A stretch of DNA of 64,000 bases from Takakia lepidozioides (GCA_030704615.1 CM060731.1:5146001-5210000), one strand, 5' to 3'. Positions 36,949 through 51,610 are shown, counted from the first letter of the stretch. Notes: a model not told the origin generated them from the sequence alone. Translations and numbers: made by a program.

Positions 36949-39624
36949 CTAGTATGCCCATAGACATTCCAGAGAGTCGACAGGGGCAGCTACGTCTGGC
37001 AGACCGTAGCGATTGAGGCGATATAGGCTCGCAGGGTGCTCCCCACCGAGGCTTCCAGAAATGCACGACGACTCGGTCAGGCTTGGCAGTGGCATCGGGT
37101 TCCCCTCTTGGTAGACCACACTTTCCTCACCCCACGCGTACTCAAGGCCTCTCTGGCTGCTTTGAGCTTCGTCCTCCCCATCACAAGAATAGGGCTCACT
37201 CTTAGGCCTCAAGCTTGAACGGAAGTTGGCAAGATCGAAAGACTTGCCAGACATCATGATCGACTGCACTGCAGCCTGGGGAAAACCCATCTCTTGTCGC
37301 TGTCTTGACGTAGTGACATTTTTGGCCCCGGAATCGTAGACGTCAAAAAAGGGGTACTTGTTGTTGCTCACATTGCCAGCAAGCAAGTCCATTCCCGGTG
37401 TGCCCATCGCACCAGATCCAGGCACACTTACACCGGACCTTGTTCTCACAATCCAAGGAAGAGGGGCGGTATTCTCCTTGTGGTTGATGTTCGAGGTCTC
37501 TTGAAGGTCGTGACAGTTGTAACAAGAGACTTGATCATTGGCTGCGCAGGTATCACAGTCAGTGCAATTACCTTCATCGGTGACGGTAGGGTTTGGAGAC
37601 TGGTCCAGAAGAGCCGGAAGTGAGGAGCGCGCATCGTCAAAGTGGTAGGTCATGGCGTTGCGCATGCGACCGTTCTCTGTGTAGACAAAGTTTTTCTTTC
37701 CGCCAGCACACTTTTGGAAAATGCGGCACACAACCCACTCATCCTGCAAGGTCACATGTTGGATTTCGTTAGATTTCTCAAGTTGAATTGTAGAAATGCG
37801 AAGAGCAGTGAGAGAATTGAGGTGAAACAGTTGGCGAGTAAGCATGTGTGCCATACTGCATCTCAAGTTAATTGAACTGCAGAACTGAGAGCAACGGTTT
37901 CACCCAAAAAAATCATGATAGATTCTGTAGCCTTCAAATTAAGGTTTTCAGAGTCCCATCCTCTAGAGAATCATGTAGCAGCTACATGGAGTACATTCGA
38001 ATGTCCACTTCTTTCTAGTCTGGCAAAGACTGGAATAGTTGAGCCCATCAAAGCTAACTGGCACCAGAGTAGGACTGCAGTTTACTAAGGGATACCCAGG
38101 TAGTGCCACTGCCCTCATGATACATAAATTCAGAGCCTTGGCCTCAGTGCACCTTTCCTACTTCCGGGCTTAAAGACGGGCACAAGCAGTAAACCTGGAC
38201 CTGACAAAATGGACCAAAATCAGGTCAATCGCTTAAGCTGGGAATCGGAAGGCCCGTACAGAGGAGGAATTCACACCTCAGAACTACTCCAAAACACATG
38301 TAAGCAACATACGAATCCGATCTCTCTTAAGTCCTGCACTATGATCTATCGATGTCGCTACGATGTGTCCACCGGCATATAGATAAATGCAGGTCACATT
38401 CGAGGGAAACAAAAGTGCTCTGGACACGGTATCAATCCCTGTCAGATTTTTTTTATTCAGAAGCTCTTGTAACCAGCCTGGGATCTTACACTCACAGACT
38501 CTTCAAATCAGCGAGCTGACTGCATTCTTGCTTGGGGGTGCTGTAATACACCTCAGCAGTTCATGAAAATGGGATTGGACTGGAGGAAGTGTAAAGCTGT
38601 ACGGGTAGCCGGTGAATCCCCTACCTTACTGGAACGAGGTTGATGAACTTGGCTGCCGACGTCACCCTCCAGTCGATATTCATGCATGATCCAATTTGTC
38701 TTCTCTCCCTTGGGAGCCCGACCGCGGTAGAATACCAAAGTCTTCTTCATGCCAACGAGATGGGGAGGCCGAGGGCTCACCACATCTCTGTCCTTCCCCG
38801 TTGCCTTCCAGTAGCCAGCGTCGGTTGCTCGGTTAGTACGCATTCCGGTTGGGTACTTGCGGTCGCGGAGACTGAAAAAATACCACTCCTTTTCTCCCAT
38901 TTTGGCTTTCTCTGTAGCACCAGCGGTGGAAGCAATTCATCTCAAATCCAGGCTCAATTGTCATTCATGATGCTTTAGACAAACTGTCCAGACTCCAAAT
39001 TAAGGATTTGGAAGGACTTCGTGTCCCCTGTCATTCGCGACCCACCCCTACTGGCAGAGCGAAAGAAAAAATACAAGTTTGAACATGAACCGTAGGAGGG
39101 AATCACCAAGTGCCTGGAGCCCTGCAGAGAGAATTATTTCTGCAGGGCCAAGCTGCCGTGCAGTACAGTTACACTGCTCGTGCCCTACTACTATTCGAAT
39201 TGCACAAAGTTGTTCCAGTACTCTAGGGATAGTCCGGTGGCCAGCGTCTTTCACATGCACATAGTCTGGCTAGTGTCTATGGAAACAAACTTGAACAAAA
39301 GGTTGGACAGCAGAGGAAATTTCCAAAATCTCTGATCTGACAAAGCACCAAGTTCAGATGGAAAAAGGAGTCTGGACACTTGAGCCAAAAAGCGACGAGG
39401 GAAGAGGAAAGATTTATACCAGGAAGGTCCCAGGGTTCGCATTTATTAAGGTCGACCTCCGCGATGGCACGCACAGAGAAGCTACTGTTGATCACCTTCT
39501 TGGTAAGGTAGTAGCTGACGAGTTCTTCGTCGGTGGGGTGAAACCGAAAGCCTGGCGGCAGCCATGGCTCCCCCTCCTTTTCCTGCGGACCACTGAGATT
39601 ACTGGGCATGCAACTTGTAGCCAT
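36949..39624 (-). CDS. NAC transcription factor, CUC/NAM-like; complement(join(36949..37743,38625..38911,39420..39624)), ~428 aa
   Basis: [31 protein letters not shown]|[42 protein letters not shown]|[12 protein letters not shown]-terminal SLPALLD and CLWAY motifs. GT-AG introns are in phase. Confidence 0.95.
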
Positions 39625-42600
39625 CTAGAGATTTCTGAGTGAGGTTTTTTGCCGAAGGGCTTGCTATCTCCTGTGTGGATAGGGAAGATAGCTAAAGGAA
39701 CCCACCCTCAAACGAGGGTGGTGAGCGGGGTAGCCAGGCGGAAAGCTTTGCAATAGTATGGGTCTACTTGCCAAAGCTCCAAGTTCCCCCAATTGTCTGC
39801 GTTTCCAAGAATCCAGGCTACTGTCTCTTCAATGTCGCAGATTAGAATGCTGTCAAGAGATGCAGATGCTAGGACACACGATCGGGGCAAGCCATATATG
39901 TCTTCCTAGAGTAGCTCTAGGCTCACATAATGGTGCACGCACAGAGATCAACTGCAGCCACAGGGATTGGGTGCGCCTTCGAGGAGGAGATCCAAGTAGC
40001 AGCACCTCAGCTACATACTCCGCGTGCAGCACAACAGACACAGATCACAAACGGTTCTGCCTGCACTTCCTTCCTCCTACTTATTACAGGTCCACAACTT
40101 GCGAGAGAAAGCAAACACAAACAGTTCTCACACAACACAGACCTTGAACTCAACCTCGCACTTGTAGAGCAACAATACTGAGACGGAGGAGAGCTCCAGA
40201 GAGCGGAAGGTGGAGTCCAGCAGAGAGAGAGGCGGGCAAACAGTCCGAGAGCAACAGCTCCAGAGCAGGTATAGTCAGCAGCGCGGAGGCAGCGAGGGGG
40301 GGACCCGCTCCCTGGGAACCAGTGGGCCCCGGCGACGCCCGTGCGAGCGGCGACTGTAAAAAAGCTGATATTACTGTCCCTTTGTCGGGTTAATCCTCGT
40401 AGCGTAGATCCTTCCCATCTAGTCACCCCTACGACGTACAATACACAATCAATATGGACCCCCGAGCGTATATTCTACGCGTACACGTACAGGTGTTCGG
40501 CTAACTTCGTGGGGCCAAGTAAAGACGGCCGACGTACGTACACCGTACCCGTAACCCAAGGGTGGAGTTAATGACCGTACGCGGTAAATATAAACTCCCA
40601 ATATAACTTCTTACTGTTACCTTGCAGTAGACGTAAGTAAGGAATACCTGCGGGTATAAACCCCTGTCGTACGATTTACGGCTCTCGGGAATCGTAACTT
40701 GTAATGCACCGGTTGACCCCAGTCAGGGCAACCACCCAGCGGTTAGGGCGCGGTGTGGTCCTGGGCTCAAATCTACATGGATCCGGTTTCGCTGAGTATA
40801 AATAAAGACATGCAAATGATTGCGAAATTCCTTTTATCTATTCTATACGGAAGTAGGCATTATAATATATATTCTGTGATGGGGTTGACCAGCGTACGAA
40901 TTGACACAGAGGATATCCCCTGGTGGCTGAATTTTATCCATCCCCGGCAAGCACATCCACATCCAGCCATGATTGGGGACGAGCGCGAGGAAGACAAGAG
41001 GGGGGAGGGGGCATCGGACTCCGGAGCATCGTGCAGATGCTGCCCATGCGGCGGTGGACCCTCGTCTCGCAGCTCTGGTGGGGCCGCGATGGCGCAGCAG
41101 CCACAGGGGCGCGTGGGCTGGGAATCCAGGAGGATGTCAGCGTGAAGGCCCCCGCGCACAGCCTGCCTGCTTCGCTTTGCTGATCTAACCCACGATTGCT
41201 GTGGGTGATGAGCTCAGCGTGAGGGTGGCCACAACCTACTTAGATCTGCCCTCCTGCGTTTCCACTCTGCACACACCAAATTGCGGCGCTGATGGACCAA
41301 CTTGGCTTTACTGTACCATTGTACCAAGCTCACATTCTCCATGTTCACCACTCTTTATCCTGTGTGAACAGTAGTGCGGCACGATCATCATGCGAGGTGA
41401 AGACTCGCCCACTTGTAGATCTTGCGGCTACACTTGGAGGTATAAAGGTCTCCAGGTTTTACCGGACTTGGTGCTGAGTGAAGAGATGAATGCGCTTGAT
41501 AAAGATCTCCAGTCAAGTGCGCTGATCTCTACTTACTAGTCTCTGCAAGTTCCGTAGGTATATCTACCTACGTATCTGCCTGGGCTACACGGTTTGGCAA
41601 GGGAGTCTGCGAGTTCTTCGGGACTTCAACTGAATAGAGTTTGCACGTGCGTACTGTATTGTAAGTAATTTTACTAGCTACCGATCATCCGGGCTTCACG
41701 TTGGGGAGAATATACATCCGCCTACCACCCTAAATTTAGTGAGAGCTGCTTAATCTTTCAAGCTTCACCTCTTTCACCTCTAAGTATCTTGTGTGGTGGG
41801 CCGTGGCTACAAGTTGGCAAAGGCTTCACCGCAGATTACAGCCTTCATTGATGACGCATTGATGACGCGTGATTGTCATGATCAGCATTCAAGTGCATCT
41901 TCCAATTCATTCACCTGTAACTCTGCCTCGGCTACGCTCTGGCAAAGGTAGTATGTATCCGGATTTCTAGCACCACCTACTTCATCTTCTTCCAGTCGCA
42001 AAGCAAAGCGTGAGATGAGCGGTAGTAAGAAGCTAATTTAGCCCAGCAGCCCAACACGCACACAGTGGCGGTCCAAATGTCTATCGTTTCCCTACAAACT
42101 TGTTTCCCTACAAAGCACCGACCCTCTTAATTCCGTACTTGATCAATGGCAATCGTGCCGTTAATTGACCAATTGCAATCGTGCTGCTAATCGTTCCAAA
42201 ACTGCAACTGATCTGCCCTGCCTTTGCCAGCACCTTCAACGCATCACTTTTACCAGAGACCTGTGACATCATTTTGAAAGCTTTCACGTTCTCACATGTT
42301 GACCCGCAGTTTGTGGTTGAAGCGTACCCTGACTTTCTTCCTGGCAAACACCCTTTGCTTGGAAGCTGCTGGCTCGGTCTGATGAAAGAGAACACATGCG
42401 ACGAGATGAGCTGGATCCACATTGCAAATCCAGACTTGTTGAATGAGACGCTGGTCGCTGCGATGGTGTGTCGCCCTCGTCTTCTCTCTCCCTCAACATC
42501 ACTGCCATCATCTGAGATTGACAGACCCAGCGACACAGTTTGGATGAAACCCATCCATCACAATTCCTTTCGTGCCGGGGCGGCCTGCCGGCAACGCGAG

Positions 42601-45600
42601 GGCCCGGCAACACGCCAGAGCGGCTGCCGGGAAAGCAACGAGAGTGGCGTGGAAGATAATCGCGGGCGGCAAAGCCACGGGCGCCGCCGTCATTTCTACA
42701 CATCGCAGGTGGGCCCGGCCCGCGCCTTTTTACATCCATCCACCCAAGTTACTTGAAGTCAGTAGTCCTCCTGCCTACTAGTATTTCAATGATAAGTAAC
42801 CATTGGATTCACTTGGAAATTTACAGTGCTTTCAACCGGCTACCGTCCACAGCTGTAATCAGTTAGCAGTGTTTTCTTTTTTCTTTTATTTAATGTTTTT
42901 TATTTTTATTTTTATGTTCATGCTCATGGCATCATGCTCATGCAGGCTGTATCATGAACTAACTTATAGTTATACTTACAGTTATTTGATCGGTACTTGC
43001 AGTGCTAGTATCATTGAGCAACTATCATTGAAAAATTGAAATGGGGGCAAATTTTTCGGTTCAGCTGGCCTGAATTGTGAGCTTTCAAGGCTCCCAGGTT
43101 TCCTTTTCAAAATATTTAAAAACTAAATATGATAACCATCAAACTCACAAACAATCAATATCAACTATATAGATCATTTATTATATGACAAAATTAAAGC
43201 ACCATTTGCGCATTCTACTAGTAGCTAATGCTTGGATTAAGATTTCAAGATTAGCTTGTGAAGATATCACATATTTGACTCACATGGGTAAAGGCCTAAT
43301 ATAGTGGATGGCAATTGGGTTTAACCCTTAGTAACTTCCTGGATTCTCCTCAGTGAGGGCTCTCCACCTGCCCAATCTGTATAGGGCCAGATGGCAGAAA
43401 GTTATGGCCATTGTTTTGGTGACCTGTCCTCATAACCACTCTGGATATATGCCCTGCCCGCTGCCCAAATGCTAGCCAATTAGGAGATTTGAAAGATTTG
43501 GGAACGCAGGTGGAAATTTTTAGTGCTCACAAAAAAGTTGTAAGATGCCAATTCCTACCGTAAAATTTCTAGATGAACTTGGTAACAAGGGATGTGTTGT
43601 TTGCAGATTTTTATAGATCTACAGCTTGTCGTATTAGTTATTACATTTTGCAGTCAAGGGTGGAAAAAACTGGTTTTAGCCACTCACATCCCGCCTATAT
43701 AGATTAACCCATCCAACCTCATGTGTGCTAATGTTATAATCACGTTTTACAAAAGGTTCTCTGGGTATCAATCAACTTGTGGCCTCCATGCCTTCACCCT
43801 TAGACAATCGCTAGAACATTAATTGTGGTTTCTGGATTTGTTACTCTCATGTTTTCTTCCATTTTGTCCCATAAGCTCTACGAGCTTTCCGCCGACGTTA
43901 TAAAGCACCATTTCATTTCCCAAAATAACATAAAATACAATGTGGATAGATAGTTGGTCCATACTAAGCCCATATGAGGAAAGGTAACCTCACACATCGT
44001 AGTGCTGCCATTCTATTCGGTGCTTAGATTTTGGCTAGTCATCGCAACCGGTTTTAGAATATTGACGAGCAACTGAGTCAAGAGGAAAAGACAATACTTT
44101 ATCATATTCAAGTATGTCGGTCAATAAGCGGTCCAACTAATTATCCAGTTTTTAATTATAAAATTTCATATTATAGCCTGGGAAGCACATATGGTCACAT
44201 TCCACTCCCCGGAATCTACAACAACATTGCGAATAAAATAGGATCAATGGGAATTTTTGCTATAGAAAGAAGACCACCGTCTTGGGCACAGTGCGTATAA
44301 TAGAGCTTTGGTCAGCACGGTTTGAGATTTGGCAAGGGAAGCGGCTACAAAAAAGGATTACCACTGGTTTAACCAAATGCTTTGTTGGGTTGGCCAAAAA
44401 GTTGACATCGTGAGTGAAGTGCATGGTGTTGCCTGATTACAGCTATATATTAGAGGGTGTCCACCTTACAAAAAGTTACGTTTCTATAAGACCACCTTTA
44501 CAATACACATCATGTGTTATTTATTTAATCTATCAGGTATTCCATTCACTTGTATTATTTCATATATTTTAGTTCTTAGCTAGGATTTATATCAAATTGT
44601 TGTAACGACAAATTGTTATTTCAATTTTATGATTGTTCACCAAAAACATTCTGATGCTGGGTGCAAACACTTATCATGCATTTCGGAGGCAACAACCTCA
44701 ATTGATGGAAGAAAAATTGTATCACTAAACTATTATTTTAGTATGTCATCTCTACATTCAAAGATCAGAATTTCAACAATACATATAGAATTAAGTTTGA
44801 AACAAACAACAATCTATCAATATTAATTGGAAACCCTATATTAGGCACGTTCAGACCAGTGGTTTTTTTCTAGCGAAAAATCGCCAGATTTCGACCTGGA
44901 AGATGGGTAGGCTACTTTTACAAAGGAATTATGGGGACAAAAATTTGAAAAAAGCCATCAGAATGCGCCATGAGTTGAATATCAGAAGCCTGACTTTGCC
45001 TACGTTGACCTTTTAAAACTATCACATGTTATATAGCCACTTTTTTAACCATGCCACCTTGTTTTCTAGCCACATGGATGGCGCTTGGTAGAATGGCCCT
45101 ATGGTAATTTTGGAGAAATGTAAATGAAAAAAAGGAGAAAAAGAAAAAGAAAGACCAATCAAATTGAATCAATAAATTAGGGAGATCAAGTACCACCGGG
45201 TCTACTTTGGTTTCACATATGTCCATATTTAACTGCTGACTGGATGTAGTCGTGGCAAGTGACGCGGCAACAAGTTATGCAGATCCGTGTGAGGTCCGTT
45301 GTATTTTCCACTGTACCCATGAATGATTCATTCAAATAATTGACTTTGTAAAGGCCGTCTACGCCAATGATATTGCTATTTATGTGCAAGATGACATGAA
45401 CGATTAGGTCAAAGCGTGGTACTCACATGTTGAATGGAATAGTTTTATGACCAACGATCATGGATTGAAAATTTTCGTGTCACAAGAGCAGTTGTGTCAC
45501 TATAATTGTGTGGGAGACATCTGATTGTGAAAAAAAATACTACATATAGAGCTACAATACCTGTTCACGTTAAAGTTGCATGGTCTATGTTAAAACAGTC

Positions 45601-45831
45601 AGTTATCGCTTTGCACAGAGTGCTACGCATTTCCCAGTGATCACTCAACTAAAGCCACGATGGGTATACACAGTCCGAGCCTGACATATATACCTAGGTT
45701 TCACTACCTATCATCATGCTTTCAATGCATGGTCACCATTACTCTAAGGTAATTATCAAGTAGCCACCCTTGTCAATGTAGTGGTGGGTTTTCAGTCAAC
45801 CTGCCGCTACTTAATCCACCTCTGCATGAAC

Positions 45832-46094
45832 CAGTGTTTTTTTTAAGAAATTTGGAAAACAGCACGAGTGGCTACAGAGTTTTGCAGGAAATAGCCATTT
45901 ATTCTGTTCATCCATTGTAATTCATCCACCTATGTGCCATCATCCATATTTGGCGAATTCATCCATAATTTATTTTTTATTTGGAGAAATTTGGCGATTT
46001 CATCCATGAAAAAACAGTGAATTTGCGACAGAATATTCGATTTTATTTTTTGAGGTCGAAATCTGGCGATTATTCGCCACTAAAAGAATGGCTG
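45832..46094. mobile_element. hAT-type MITE (263 bp)
   Basis: CAG...CTG termini and a perfect 8-bp TSD GCATGAAC (45824-45831, 46095-46102). A second copy lies elsewhere in the window. Confidence 0.85.
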
Positions 46095-46599
46095 GCATGA
46101 ACGTTGCTAAATATTTTTCAAGTAGATTAAACAACATTAGGCAATTCATGAGCATATTAATTCATCTAGCCGACAGTAACTGGAATTCCAACACTCCCGT
46201 TCGGGTAGTATTCAGATTGTTCAAATGAATGCCCATTAGACAGTGGTTATGCTTGTCCTTAGTTAAAGTTTTTGTAAGAACATCGTCCTCGGTTGTACAG
46301 TACTCAAGCTCAACTTAGACTATTCCAAGCTTCTCCATGATGAAATGGTGCCGAATATCTATATACTTGGTCCGAACATGATGTGCAGGTTTCGATGTGA
46401 ATTGTATTATAGCCGTGGTCATCAGCTAATAAGGCTTCTTTTGAAAGAAACCAAGATCTCCAAGCAACTTTCACAACCACATAGCTTCTTTGGTCGCATA
46501 CGTCAGGGCCATATATTCCGCCTCAATGCTATTGTAGCTTGGCGCCGTTTACTACTCCAACATACAGCTTCTCCGCAAAATTAAAAAGAAATCCAGTGG

Positions 46600-47875
46600 A
46601 GATTCTTTCATCTAAATCCCATGCCCCGTCTGTATTATTGTAATCCTCTATGGTCAAGTTTTTAAGACAACCAATTTTTCGGAATATGAGGTATGTTTCT
46701 TGTGTACATTTCAAATATCGAGCTCCTCTTTTACTCTTTACCAATGTTCCTTGCTAGGATTCTGCATGTACTTCCCAAGTACTTCCACTGAAAATACAAT
46801 GTCTGGTGTTATACCCACCATTGCATACATGAGGCTTCCAACTCCATACTTGTACAAGTATGAAGTTCATCTCTCCATTTCATTTCATTTCATCCCTCTC
46901 CTTTGTTGTTTTTGGTTCCATATCCTTGCTTCATTTGCTTCCAACCTCCATTGGTGTAGCGACCCCTTTGGATTCCTCCGTGCTGAATCTAACAAATATC
47001 TTCTTGATATTGTGGGTTTGATTCAACCGAATCTCTTTTTTCTCCCAATTTCTAAAAATCTGAAAATCCAACATAAAACTCAATTTACCCAAATTGACTA
47101 TCTTAAAGGTTTTGACTCAATTCCTCCGTCACCAAGTTTATTTCTTCTAATCATCCACGTATAAGATGATGAACATGTCTCTCCTTGACTTGAAATAGAC
47201 GTTATGATCTGTGGCTTCTCTTTTGAACGCTTTGGAAATCAAGTTTGCATCAATTTTTTCATACCAACTTTGGGAAGCTTGCTTCAAGCCGTTTAATGAC
47301 TCATTCAACTGCCATATCTTCTCGCCGTCCTCAAATCCTTTAGGTTGATATATAAAGATTTCTTCACGTAAATCACAGTTGAAGAAAGCTCTCTTCACGT
47401 CCATTTGGTGAATTTCTTAATCAGTTGCTGCTACCAACGCTAACAAACATCCAATAGATGTGAACCTTGTTACTGGTGCCAAATTTTCATGGAAGTCAAT
47501 CCTTTTTGTTCGTGTGAACACGCTTAGAAGTTAGCTTTGTATTTTATTATTTCTCTATCGGGACCTCTTTTCACTCTAAAAACCTATTTGCACCCATTTC
47601 TTTCTCTTTGGCAAATCGACAAGTTCCCAAGCCCATCTATCCTTCAAAGATTCAAGTTCTTTCTTGATAGTTTTTTTCCATCAATTAGAATTGTCACCAT
47701 TCAATGCTATAGTAAATATCAAAAGTTCATCTTCATCCTCTAATTTAGTAGTCCTATAAAACTCAGTGTCCAGATTCATATGAGACTTTGAACAAATTTC
47801 ATCTTCAGCAAGGGTCACTTCCTCTGTGAGCGTATGGGTAGGTCTTTTCATCCTGTTTGATCATCTACGTTGTTC
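46600..47875 (-). mobile_element. Ty1/copia RT fragment, degenerate
   Basis: MDVKRAFFNCDLREEIFIYQPKGF...SLNGLKQASQSWY...ILYVDD (47147-47404); downstream VGSLMYAMV..TPDI. Confidence 0.9.
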
Positions 47876-48699
47876 CACCAGCCCAGTACTGGCCCCACTA
47901 AATCCTAAACAGATCACGACCTTCCAACAACCAATGTTCCAGATATGGCCACAATTAAGGATTATTGATATCCACGTATCATCTGCCAACGTATATGTAC
48001 ATAACGGTTTCCACTGCCAATATATAACTGCACGTCGGATGATGTCCTTTGACTTGGATGAAAAAAGAGTTTATAAGGGTGGGGAACATCTTCGGCTTTA
48101 CACTCCCACCCCGAATTGTGTGTAATTTAAAGTATTTTTTATGTTGTGGATTGGTACACTGTACATTTACAACTTGGCAACTAGATATAGAGAGGCCCTT
48201 ACTATAGCTAGCAAATAATCTTGTATCATGTAGCTCATAACTTGAAGAAAAACAATATAAAATTTAAACAATAGAGTCGTCACTGGTCCTCATGTAGCTT
48301 TCTAATTAGCTAGCTCTACTAAGTAGATGCAATTTCACTACCAGATCCAGGCTAAGTTAATGCCATGCACCTCAAATGGATATGATGTGATCTTCTCTTC
48401 CATGATGATAGAACTAAATTCGGCCATACATTTTCAAGCCATGTATTCAATGAAGTTCCTTGAGTCTGGCCCACTTGAACTTTAATATTAACTCTTGGAA
48501 CCTTAGGAGCATAGGCTTGAATGCCTCAGCCCCCTAAAGAGTTAAAATTAAACATTTGGGCTCATCTTATCTCTCCCCATGACCTTCTAGCTCTCGTAAA
48601 CTAACTGTTGCTAATATAAACACCTTAGGCAATCAGGTTTATTGGCCTCCTTAATAGCTAATTCTGGGGCCGATGTACATCCTTTTGGATTAGCCTCTC

Positions 48700-50150
48700 T
48701 ATTCTTTCATTTTTACAAGGTGGAAATTTGGCTTGAAGACAAAGCTCAAATGTATGATATCCTTTGTAACCTCTAATAAAGCTGGAATTTTAAGAATTAT
48801 TGACATACATGCCCCCAACTCTTCTAATTTAGAAATGTCACAATCGTGGGTCTTGGTTACATCCAAGATCATTGTCCTGGCACGGACCCTTGGACTACGG
48901 CCAGGGACTTCAACATGGTTGACTAAAAGACATCTGACAAATCTAATAATGTGTTTCACAAAAAAACTTTAATTGATAAAAACTTTATTAAAAAAAAACT
49001 TATGGGAATATTTTATTCTTTATTTGGATTTTGCACACCATTTTTCATTCCATTTCTCCCTTACTTTCTCCTAGATAAGTGATTGGGCACCGCCAGGACT
49101 TGCTTTGTTGCAATGAACATGATCTATTCCTTCTTTTCCTGTTGCTTACACTACAATCCCTTGGGTCCAATCTTTCCAAAGTTTGACCATGCTGAGAGTA
49201 GAGTTAAGACCTTAACCTCGTTGGCTAGAGCCTAGGGAAGGGGTACCTCAACTCTTCAATTCTTAAAATCCCTAGGTGTCTTTGCACTGGCTTCAACAAC
49301 TATTTCTATTTCATCTTAAGCTTATACCTTAAAAGTTTCTCCATAAAGGGGCACATACATGTGGAGGAAATTATGTCAGGATTTTGCTAGGGAAATTGCA
49401 TAAGACAATTCTAGATGTGAGATGGGCCTTATTTAATGGATATTTTTTTGTAAGAAAAAATAATTGAGCAAATAAAGTTCCCTTATGGAGACTAAGAATT
49501 GCCTCGCAAAAATCTAGAGAAGATTTCATAAGAGTTACAACTTCGTCTTTAAATGAGAGATGACGAAATATATTTTCATTAAAACTAAACAACAATTCGC
49601 TCATTAGGCCATTTTAGGATTAAGGAATAGCAATTATTTGCTTCAATCAGATCCTAAAATCCTCTCTTCTAGAATAGAGAATTTCTTACTCTCTTCAGCT
49701 GATCACCCTCTTCTATTACAAGCTAGGTCAGGAAATCAGCTTGGGAAAGTGTTCCCAAGCTCATTTCCAAAATATCTGAGGCTTTCTTACTTTATGTGAA
49801 TTTTTCGGTCTAAGAATTGGAAGATGTAGCTTTGAGAACTAATTTTTAATAAGAGGGATCAGGAGCTAATTATCTCAAACTATAGACCAATATCACCTTT
49901 GTAAATGTCTCTTACAAAATTACTATCAAATCATTGACAATTAGACTTCAAAAAATATTTCCTAATTATTCATCTGGTTCGTGGCTCAAACTGGTTTTCT
50001 TGATGATTCTAGACAATATTATGTAGCTAAATAAAGCTGTGGACATTGTGCACTCTTCAACCCAACCCCTTGCCCTTATCATGCTTGACTTTGAAAATGT
50101 GATTGATAGATTTTTTTTTATGGGGGTCTTACAAAATTTCCAAGACCACC
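48700..50150 (+). mobile_element. Highly degenerate LINE ORF2 fragments (endonuclease-like and RT)
   Basis: LRIIDIHAPN (endonuclease-like); NYRPIS near 49880; LALIMLDFENVIDR (RT LDFxKAFD-like). Confidence 0.65.
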
Positions 50151-50289
50151 GATTCAATCCTTGTTATTGTAGATCGTTTTACGAAGATGGCACATTTCAT
50201 TCCATCTCTCTCACTCCTTTAATCGACCTCTTGAAAAATTGGTAAGACGTGAATCGTGATTGTCTGCTTTCCATTTTATTTTATTTTTA

Positions 50290-50653
50290 ATGGCATATCT
50301 TCGAATTGGAAGAATTGTACAATGCCATGATGTTACCTTTAGTAAAGACGACTATCACATGAAGTTGTTGATTCAAACAGACGATAATGTACATATAGTA
50401 TGCAAGGTCTAAGCTGTCGATGTGACAGAAGACTAGTCAAATGAAACTACAGACTTAGGAATTGTTTAGCCTGAAGAGAACAAACAATTTGAGTTGCATG
50501 TTAATCAGTTGAGCGATATCTATACATAAGGTTTGGAAGAACAACCTAGATGGTCAAACAGGATAAAAAAACCTACCCATAGGCTCATAGAGGAAGTGAC
50601 CCTCGCTGAAGATGAAATTTGTTCAAAGTCTCATATGAATCCAGACACTGAGT
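50290..50653 (+). mobile_element. Copia integrase-RT linker fragment, inverted relative to the copia RT
   Basis: HDVTF motif near 50330. 50539-50653 is an inverted copy of 47761-47875. Confidence 0.55.
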
Positions 50654-50739
50654 GTCTATTGAGCATTGTTTGATCTTCAGCAAAACTAGAGCAAAGAAGA
50701 ACAGGAATGCCCTCGACTAAACTTATTGGAGATGATGTG

Positions 50740-51610
50740 AAGTGACGAAGAGGCAATTCTGGCGGAGTTGAATGAGATCCTGGGACCTGAGTCTGTCAAC
50801 GAAGTAAGGCTACCAAAGAACAAAATCCCACTACCAACGCCTACGTCACTAACACCTCAAAGCATGGAAAGATCGATCACGGGAGAGGCTTCGGAGGAGA
50901 CCAGTCAACAACCAAGAGTGACACCGCAACAATGGGTCAATACGCCAAAATGGCCAGAGGCTGGGTCAAATTCCTTAATAACTTTTACAAGGGATGACCG
51001 CTGGAACTAGCTAAAAAGGAGGCTAGAGATCAATCCAAGGTTGGATCAAGAATAGAGAGAGCAATTGTTGGAAATGATAAAAGGGAATCAAGAAGCATTT
51101 GCACTAAGTAAAGCTGACTTGGGAATCTGTACCAGGGCAGAACATTCCATTGACACGCAAGGTTTTCCACCCTGTCGGAGCCAACCAAGCCGTTTGTCAG
51201 AATGGGAAGAAAGAGAGGTGTGGAAACACATTGAAATCCTAATTCAACAAAGCAAGATGAGAGAAAGCTCATCGGAGTATTCATGCCCAGTCATTTTTGC
51301 ACCAAAGAAGGATGGTAGTAAGCGGTTTTGTAGGGACTTTGGGCCTTTGAATGCTCAAACCAGGCGAGACTCCTACCCAATGTCATTGGTGCAAGATGTA
51401 CTTCAACAACTGGGAAAGTCCCAATGGTTTGACACTGCACTGGATCTGCAAAGCGGGTTCTGGCAAATAAAGATAAGGCAGAAGGATGTTAAAAAAACTA
51501 CAATTATCACAAAGAGGGGGCTATATGAGTGGCTAGTTATGCCATTTGGGCTGAAGAACGCCACTGCAACATTTGTGGGGACTTATTCCATCATAGAGAC
51601 ATTGTGCTAA
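50740..51610 (+). mobile_element. Ty3/gypsy RT N-terminal fragment
   Basis: EHSIDTQG...SSSEYSCPVIFAPKKDGSKRFCRDF..LN...LDLQSGFWQIKI...GLYEWLVMPFGLKNA; truncated before YxDD. Confidence 0.9.

Noticed and set aside
40007-42781. GC-rich ORFs upstream of the CUC-like gene (e.g. 42181-42756, 40753-41145)
   Set aside because: No domain motifs or convincing splice structure. Overlapping ORFs on both strands are expected in GC-rich promoter/UTR DNA.
44856-44900. Third copy of the hAT MITE
   Set aside because: Only ~45 bp resemble one MITE terminus; no second end or TSD identified.
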